Translations under genes and position numbers: made by a program | DNA from: a virus | IMG/VR virus record: IMGVR_UViG_3300033153_008619 | Direction: 5' to 3' (one strand) | DNA length: 18,151 nucleotides | The notes under the pieces: model-generated | Told to the model about the DNA's origin: nothing | Databases searched by the model: none | What the model saw: only the letters and a program-made list of their open reading frames with translations | Shown: positions 1 through 4,454 of the stretch, piece by piece | Position numbering within the stretch: position 1 is the stretch's first letter | Layout: the number at the start of each line of letters is the position of its first letter

Positions 1-96
1 CATGCTCTACTGTAGGATATACTACTCTATCAAACTTTACCTCTGATGGGTAAAAGTTTGATAGAAATGAGTATTCCTCATGAAAATTATCTATCA

Positions 97-285
97 TCAC
101 CTTGCTCCTTCCTTCTTTCTCCTAAACAACCAAACTTCATGAAAGCTTTTTATACCATCAAATTTTTTTCTTAATAACCAAAAATTACTAGCTTTCCAAA
201 ATGGTACATCAGTTTCTTCTTCATAATAAAACTCATAACATTCATTAGTAAAAATTGCACCTATCTCATTAAGTTTTCTATTCAT
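97..285 (-). CDS. hypothetical small protein (62 aa)
   Basis: ORF ending TAA at 97. No recognisable domain. Sits just upstream of an 11-bp perfect inverted repeat at 27-62. Confidence 0.35.
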   Translation of the reverse strand: MNRKLNEIGAIFTNECYEFYYEEETDVPFWKASNFWLLRKKFDGIKSFHEVWLFRRKKEGAR

Positions 286-299
286 TTATCTCTGAACTA

Positions 300-376
300 T
301 CAGGCTGGGAGGATTCGAACCTCCGAAATCTCCACGTCCCAAACGTGGCGTGTTAGCCGGACTACACTACAGCCTG
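300..376 (-). tRNA. tRNA-Pro (anticodon TGG)
   Basis: Hand-folded cloverleaf on the minus strand. Acceptor CAGGCTG/CAGCCTG is perfect. D-arm GTGT..ACAC. Anticodon stem CCACG/CGTGG with loop TTTGGGA (U33, anticodon UGG, G37). T-arm GGAGG-TTCGAAT-CCTCC. The variable loop is an atypical 7 nt. Confidence 0.65.
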
Positions 377-381
377 TTTTT

Positions 382-690
382 TTATTCTATCATTTCACAA
401 ATACGATCTCTTACGAAATCTAATGTAGCCTTCCATTGAACAGCATTATTTAATGCTTCGTTAATCTGTCTTGAATGTCTTTCTCTTTCTTGATATGGAT
501 TAGTTCCAAAGCTACCAACTCCATTATCTAGATCTTTTTCATTCCAATACTTTTCCATAGCTTGCCTACCAACCTCTTCGGTTTGTCGTTTAGCATGTAT
601 ACTAACAGCTTCCGTATAACCTTTTTCAGCCCACTCAAGAACTGCTTTAGCAGAATCAGCATTTGTCCACCTATCCATTTCATCCTCCAT
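382..690 (-). CDS. hypothetical protein (102 aa)
   Basis: Intact ORF with TAA stop, wedged between tRNA genes. No recognisable motif. Confidence 0.45.
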   Translation of the reverse strand: MEDEMDRWTNADSAKAVLEWAEKGYTEAVSIHAKRQTEEVGRQAMEKYWNEKDLDNGVGSFGTNPYQERERHSRQINEALNNAVQWKATLDFVRDRICEMIE

Positions 691-691
691 T

Positions 692-767
692 TAGCGCGAC
701 TCGGATTCGAACCGAGAAAACCCCTGTGACCAAGACAGGTCAGCCAACCAATCGCTTTCCCCGCGCT
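692..767 (-). tRNA. tRNA-like gene, atypical; anticodon loop CUUGGUC, formally UGG
   Basis: Canonical T-arm (CTCGG-TTCGAAT-CCGAG) and a 7-bp acceptor (AGCGCGG/TCGCGCT with G7-U66). Departures from a standard tRNA: G8G9 instead of U8A9, a 3-bp D-stem with displaced register, a 6-nt variable loop and U37. Possibly a degenerate Pro(UGG) paralog. Confidence 0.35.
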
Positions 768-774
768 ATGTTAG

Positions 775-849
775 GGTATTTGAAGGGACTCGAACCCTCT
801 CTGTAAGTACCACAAACTTACGTGCTAACCATTAAACACTACAAACACC
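775..849 (-). tRNA. tRNA-His (anticodon GTG) with encoded G-1
   Basis: Acceptor GTGTTTG/CAAATAC preceded by an encoded G-1 opposite C73. U8A9. D-arm GTGT-TTAATGGTTA-GCAC. Anticodon stem TAAGT/ACTTA with loop TTGTGGT (GUG). T-arm GAGGG-TTCGAGT-CCCTT. Confidence 0.6.
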
Positions 850-986
850 ATGAAAATAGTATGTGCGACTCGATATGGATTTCAGGCTCCCGGTCGTCAC
901 TCCTCAAGCCACTCTTGATGGACTATTATGTTTACGTGCTCCCTTTCGGGTGGACACACACATACTATATATTTTATTGTCCTAGG

Positions 987-1058
987 TGGGAATCGAACCC
1001 ACGACACAAAGATTTAGAGTCTTCTGTTCTACCGCTGAACTACCAGAACAGGTGCCTG
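987..1058 (-). tRNA. putative amber-suppressor tRNA (anticodon CTA)
   Basis: Acceptor GTTCTGG/CTAGGAC, A73, U8A9. D-arm GTTC-AGCGGTA-GAAC. Anticodon stem GAAGA/TCTTT with a 7-nt loop CTCTAAA (U33, anticodon CUA, A37). 5-nt variable loop. T-arm GTGGG-TTCGATT-CCCAC. A clean 72-nt cloverleaf whose anticodon reads UAG. Confidence 0.55.
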
Positions 1059-1138
1059 TCTTTCCAGGCTGTCAGTTCGTTCCTGGACATTTATGAGGAC
1101 CGTCTAAAACGAATCCGAAGGCATCCAGTCCCTCAATT

Positions 1139-1426
1139 TTAATTCATTTCGTATCTACCAAATACTTTATGATCTGAATGACAAGCAAATGCTGTCATTT
1201 GATTATCTACATCAGGTTCGTAAAAAGGAAATAAGTCGAAACCCATTTCTTTTAATATCTGATGATCGAAAAGAAGATCGTCTGACAAAAGATATATTAA
1301 AGTCTCATTTTGCCAAGGTTCTTTCTCTTCATTCTTCAATAGATATTCTGCTAACGCATGACCGGCTTGTACGGCTCTATAGCTTGCGTCATACTGCTTG
1401 CTGATTATTATATAAAGTTTCTTCAT
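1139..1426 (-). CDS. Pth2-like peptidyl-tRNA hydrolase candidate (95 aa)
   Basis: The N-terminal segment YRAVQAGHALAEY resembles the PTH2 catalytic motif (AAQCSHAA). The downstream ETLIYLL..LKEMGFDL parallels the PTH2 segment ETLIALL..LGL. SD-like GAAGGTG lies upstream of the ATG. The 3' end overlaps the next ORF by 38 nt. The homology call is from memory only. Confidence 0.4.
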   Translation of the reverse strand: MKKLYIIISKQYDASYRAVQAGHALAEYLLKNEEKEPWQNETLIYLLSDDLLFDHQILKEMGFDLFPFYEPDVDNQMTAFACHSDHKVFGRYEMN

Positions 1427-1721
1427 ATAACACCTTCAACTTCTCAATGATCTTTTGTGCCTCATTGAATGCAGTAATATAAGCAGGTCTACCAAAACCG
1501 TCGCCTTTGTTCTCGTTACAACGGCTCTCGATAAATCTTTTTCGTCCATCCTTCTCTAAGTAAATACAACGATCACCGAAGTGCATTGTATAGGAAGGTC
1601 TGTTAATCTGTGATCTACAGATTGTCTCTAATCTTCGTGGGTTAGTAATATACTTTTTAAAATAAGTTCCTTTACTATTGATCTCTTTTACTAACTCTTT
1701 CTTTAATTCTTTATTAGTCAT
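1389..1721 (-). CDS. hypothetical protein (110 aa)
   Basis: Intact ORF with a GAGG SD upstream of the ATG and a TGA stop. No recognised domain. Confidence 0.5.
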   Translation of the reverse strand: MTNKELKKELVKEINSKGTYFKKYITNPRRLETICRSQINRPSYTMHFGDRCIYLEKDGRKRFIESRCNENKGDGFGRPAYITAFNEAQKIIEKLKVLYEETLYNNQQAV

Positions 1722-1838
1722 AATTTTTCCTCATTAGTTTGTTGATTGTTAAAACTCTGCAAACGAACAAGTTAAATTATCCTGAATCAATGTAGCCCTA
1801 AGTGAACTTCATCCTTTTTACCTCCTTATAAGGTTTAT

Positions 1839-2081
1839 TTATCCCGCTACTCCAGCTGATACAACTACTCCAATCACCTGTATCAACTTAACAATACCAG
1901 ATGTAATAGCTGCTGTCATTCCGCATAGCGTAAATGCTCCAATAACACAAATCCCTAAATACACAAGAGCTGATTCCATTGGTCTAAGCTCTTTTAGTTT
2001 GTCTCTAAAGACTTCTGTGATTTCTCTAAAAATACCCTTTCTCCTGGGTTCTTCTACTTCTCTTTCTTCATCGCTCATCAA
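1839..2081 (-). CDS. small membrane protein (80 aa)
   Basis: Hydrophobic N-terminal ~55 aa (one or two TM helices) followed by a charged C-terminal tail. Confidence 0.45.
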   Translation of the reverse strand: MMSDEEREVEEPRRKGIFREITEVFRDKLKELRPMESALVYLGICVIGAFTLCGMTAAITSGIVKLIQVIGVVVSAGVAG

Positions 2082-2235
2082 AAAGATTCTCCTTCTTTTT
2101 TGTTTCGGATGATGTTGAATCAGGTCTGTCCTGTGTCATTGCATAACAATATGGACATACTCGTTCCTTCTCTTTATTATGTATGTAATGATCCTTACAT
2201 TCACAATTCCAAAATCTTTCATCCGTCTTACTCAT
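2068..2235 (-). CDS. small zinc-ribbon-like protein (~55 aa, start trimmed)
   Basis: The six-frame ORF (2068-2310) runs into the tRNA-His gene. An internal ATG at 2235, preceded by AGGCGGTGG, is the likely start. Contains C-x-C...C-P-Y-C cysteine pairs. Confidence 0.4.
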   Translation of the reverse strand: MSKTDERFWNCECKDHYIHNKEKERVCPYCYAMTQDRPDSTSSETKKKENLFDER

Positions 2236-2264
2236 TATACCACCGCCTAAGATTTTTGTCAATC

Positions 2265-2339
2265 GGTGACTAGTGGGAATTGAACCCACGGCCTGTTGAT
2301 TCACAGTCAACCGCTCTAACCAAACTGAGCTATAGCCAC
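2265..2339 (-). tRNA. tRNA-His (anticodon GTG), no encoded G-1
   Basis: Near-identical to E. coli tRNA-His in the acceptor (GTGGCTA), D-arm (GCTC-AGTTTGGTTA-GAGC) and T-arm (GTGGG-TTCAATT-CCCAC). Anticodon stem GTTGA/TCAAC with loop CTGTGAA (GUG). C73, but position -1 is T rather than G. Confidence 0.6.
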
Positions 2340-2341
2340 AG

Positions 2342-2423
2342 TGGGTGGGGAGGGATTTGAACCCCCAATGTCCGAAGACGACAGATTTACAGTCTGCGAA
2401 GCAACCAGTTGCTCAACCCACCC
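2342..2423 (-). tRNA. tRNA-Tyr (anticodon GTA), long variable arm
   Basis: Acceptor GGGTGGG/CCCACCC. Anticodon stem-loop GCAGA-CTGTAAA-TCTGT, identical to the E. coli tRNA-Tyr anticodon arm. 14-nt variable hairpin. T-arm GGGGG-TTCAAAT-CCCTC. Confidence 0.65.
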
Positions 2424-2424
2424 A

Positions 2425-2685
2425 TTAAGTTTCATCAAGATGCAGGGAGTTTAACTTATAAATAACTCCCTCTGGAGGTACTTCACATTTAAGCCAAGCT
2501 GTACCTCTAGTATCCATCATTATTCCTCTTACAATAACTTCCGTTCCAGAAAGCAAATCAGGATATTTATAAGGAAACATTCTTGCTTCTTTAATATCAC
2601 CATGATCTGTCCTTCTAATAACGATTAAAGTATCTCCTTCTTTTATGTCATATAATCCACCATCACATAAACGTGTTCTAATCAT
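2425..2685 (-). CDS. hypothetical protein (~86 aa)
   Basis: The six-frame ORF starts with TTG at 2700. The first ATG is at 2685 (MIRTRL...). TAA stop abuts the tRNA-Tyr gene. Confidence 0.4.
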   Translation of the reverse strand: MIRTRLCDGGLYDIKEGDTLIVIRRTDHGDIKEARMFPYKYPDLLSGTEVIVRGIMMDTRGTAWLKCEVPPEGVIYKLNSLHLDET

Positions 2686-3079
2686 TTGCCCACTTCTCAA
2701 TATACATCTTTTTTACTTTTTGAGCAAACAAAAGTAATCCAGCTTGTGTATCAATATGGTATGTAGTCACATAACCTACCCCATCAATATCTTCAATCCA
2801 AGGAGTTTGTGGAGCAGGACAACCACAATGACCAGCAACTCTTACATTTGCTTTTCCTTCTGGATGAGCATAAAGCTCCTGAGCTATTTTCAATGACACA
2901 GGGCCATTAACTACCCAATAATACCAAGCTCTATGAAACGTTAAAGCTCCTAATCTACCTTCCAAAGTATAAGGAACTTCTGAATTTCCTTTAGGCACTT
3001 CTTCTATATCAATACAAGCTCTTGTAAGCTCGCTTCTAATATCTCTATCACATTCTTCTACACCAGCTAAATTCTTCAT
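2678..3079 (-). CDS. hypothetical protein (133 aa), translationally coupled to the Nudix gene
   Basis: Its start overlaps the Nudix stop in an ATGA arrangement. Contains HCGCPAP. Ends in TAG. No family recognised. Confidence 0.5.
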   Translation of the reverse strand: MKNLAGVEECDRDIRSELTRACIDIEEVPKGNSEVPYTLEGRLGALTFHRAWYYWVVNGPVSLKIAQELYAHPEGKANVRVAGHCGCPAPQTPWIEDIDGVGYVTTYHIDTQAGLLLFAQKVKKMYIEKWAND

Positions 3080-3618
3080 ACTTGCTCCCTTAATATGGAA
3101 TAAAGTTTCGCGCCAAATACATGACCACCTTCTTCATTCTTTCTCAAAAACTCAGGAATATCTCTCACCTTAAGTTTAATAACTTCTATATCCTCAGTGT
3201 CTTCTGGTCTTTGTTCAAATTCTGGCTCTTCCGAAACTTCCATATAAACCATATGAACTGTTTCATTAGTCAATCCAGCAGAAGAAGCTATTGGGCCACT
3301 AACAAAAGTAATCACTCCTGAATAACCTGTTTCCTCCCTTAGTTCTCTAAGAGCTGCTTCTCTTAATGATTCACCATCATCAACTAATCCAGCAGGGAGT
3401 TCATAGTTATAATCATCAAATGGTGCTCGATATTGTTTAATAACAATAAAAGAACCAAGTTTTGTTCTAGGAACAACAACTATAATACTTTTGCTAGAAC
3501 CCCTGTCTTTCCGTCTAACAAAATCCCATGTATTTATTTCACCATTATGGATATAAGTTCTATGAACAAACTCTAACCATTTCGTATCAGCATATACAGC
3601 ATCTACAATATTTTCCAT
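3076..3618 (-). CDS. Nudix hydrolase, ADP-ribose pyrophosphatase-like
   Basis: Nudix box GLVDDGESLREAALRELREETGY fits the G-x5-E-x7-REUxEExGU signature. AAGGAG SD lies 7 nt upstream of the ATG. TGA stop. Confidence 0.8.
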   Translation of the reverse strand: MENIVDAVYADTKWLEFVHRTYIHNGEINTWDFVRRKDRGSSKSIIVVVPRTKLGSFIVIKQYRAPFDDYNYELPAGLVDDGESLREAALRELREETGYSGVITFVSGPIASSAGLTNETVHMVYMEVSEEPEFEQRPEDTEDIEVIKLKVRDIPEFLRKNEEGGHVFGAKLYSILREQV

Positions 3619-3748
3619 TCCCTACTCCTTTTTAATAATGTATAGCAGAAGTTCCCCCGATGGTGTTAGCCTAATCACTTCAAGGCTTAGATAGGATTTT
3701 CGCCTACCGTCTCTCTCGGCCGATTGTCATTTCTGACTACTATACAAA

Positions 3749-3835
3749 CAGAAGATACAGGATTTGAACCTGTGAGAGCTTACACTCTGTCTCTGGTTAG
3801 CAACCAGGCCCTTTACCAAACTCAGGCAATCTTCT
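3749..3835 (-). tRNA. tRNA-Ser (anticodon GCT), long variable arm
   Basis: Acceptor AGAAGAT/ATCTTCT, G73, U8G9. Anticodon loop TTGCTAA (GCU) on a 4-bp stem plus one mismatch. ~17-nt variable arm. T-arm ACAGG-TTCAAAT-CCTGT. 87 nt total. Confidence 0.6.
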
Positions 3836-3841
3836 ATGTTT

Positions 3842-3964
3842 TGAACAAGATAGGATTCGAACCTATAATGACGGCTGACTATATGTGTATCAGCTTTTAC
3901 GGTATTCCTTCCTTATTTCCGTGTATCCCGTTTGTAGGACAGATCAACCAATATCTTCTTGTTC
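3842..3964 (-). tRNA. tRNA-like element with a ~48-nt insertion (possible pseudogene or intron-containing tRNA)
   Basis: Perfect T-arm ATAGG-TTCGAAT-CCTAT and a 3' acceptor strand GAACAAG. The exactly complementary CTTGTTC, with an adjacent D-arm-like AGAT-ATTGGTTG-ATCT, lies 123 nt away. The only anticodon-arm candidate (stem GCTGA/TCAGC) carries an 11-nt loop. Confidence 0.3.
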
Positions 3965-3966
3965 GA

Positions 3967-4049
3967 CAGAAGGTAGACGAATCGAACGCCCGAGAGTTAC
4001 CTCGCCCTAGAGTTCAAATCTAGTTGCCTACCATTTAGCAGTACCTTCT
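3967..4049 (-). tRNA. tRNA-Ser (anticodon TGA), long variable arm
   Basis: Acceptor AGAAGGT/ACCTTCT, G73. Anticodon stem CTAGA/TCTAG with loop TTTGAAC (UGA). T-arm with AATCGAA on the plus strand. 83 nt. Confidence 0.6.
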
Positions 4050-4055
4050 ATGAAA

Positions 4056-4129
4056 AGCCCCCTATCCGATTCGAACGGATGACCCGCAGTTTACAGGACT
4101 GCTGCTCTGACCAACTGAGCTAAGGAGGC
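4056..4129 (-). tRNA. tRNA, anticodon loop CCTGTAA (reads UGU/Thr in canonical register, with atypical C33)
   Basis: Good cloverleaf. Acceptor GCCTCCT/AGGGGGC, U73, U8A9. D-arm GCTC-AGTTGGTCA-GAGC. Anticodon stem GCAGT/ACTGC. T-arm ATCCG-TTCGAAT-CGGAT. Identity is uncertain because position 33 is C. Confidence 0.5.
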
Positions 4130-4132
4130 ATA

Positions 4133-4206
4133 AGCCGTTAGAAGGACTTGAACCCTCTTCTCGGGAGTACAAAACCCGTGTTCTAGTCCGGTTGAACTAT
4201 AACGGC
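4133..4206 (-). tRNA. tRNA-Thr (anticodon TGT)
   Basis: Acceptor GCCGTTA/TAACGGC, U73, U8A9. D-arm GTTC-AACCGGACTA-GAAC. Anticodon loop TTTGTAC on a 4-bp stem with a U-U pair at 31-39. T-arm GAGGG-TTCAAGT-CCTTC. Confidence 0.55.
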
Positions 4207-4294
4207 AAATAAGTGAGTTGGTGCTTTTTCTTAATTCAAACCCGCCGCACCGATGAATATGAAACCATAGCGGTTTGCTTTTCTCACTTAACTT

Positions 4295-4323
4295 ATTATA
4301 CTATTTTTTTAACTTTTCGTCAA
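4295..4323 (-). promoter_or_regulatory. sigma70-type promoter TTGACG-17-TATAAT directed into the tRNA cluster
   Basis: On the minus strand, TTGACG (plus 4318-4323) is followed by a 17-nt spacer and TATAAT (plus 4295-4300). It lies just downstream of the MVP terminator and upstream of the tRNA array. Confidence 0.45.
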
Positions 4324-4348
4324 AAAAAAAGCCCATCCGAAGATGGGC
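4322..4348 (-). terminator. intrinsic terminator downstream of the MVP-like gene
   Basis: Hairpin GCCCATC-CGAA-GATGGGC preceded on the plus strand by A9, giving a U-run after the hairpin on the minus strand. Confidence 0.7.
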
Positions 4349-4454
4349 GTATTGCGCTTTACTTTCGGATATACCTCACCTATTATAAGTTGAAGGTGAG
4401 TAACTATGTGTTGTATATGTCGTATATCCGTTTCTTGTCATTGTATTTTTACCT

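Noticed and set aside
822-1142. 106-aa plus-strand ORF
   Set aside because: It runs straight through the tRNA-His gene and the CUA tRNA gene, so it is an artefact of six-frame translation.
1189-1404. Plus-strand 71-aa ORF (and similar antisense ORFs at 3121, 9373, 10140, 10587, 12363, 12727, 13547, 14863, 14931, 15832, 8178)
   Set aside because: All lie antisense inside confidently called minus-strand genes, with no independent support.
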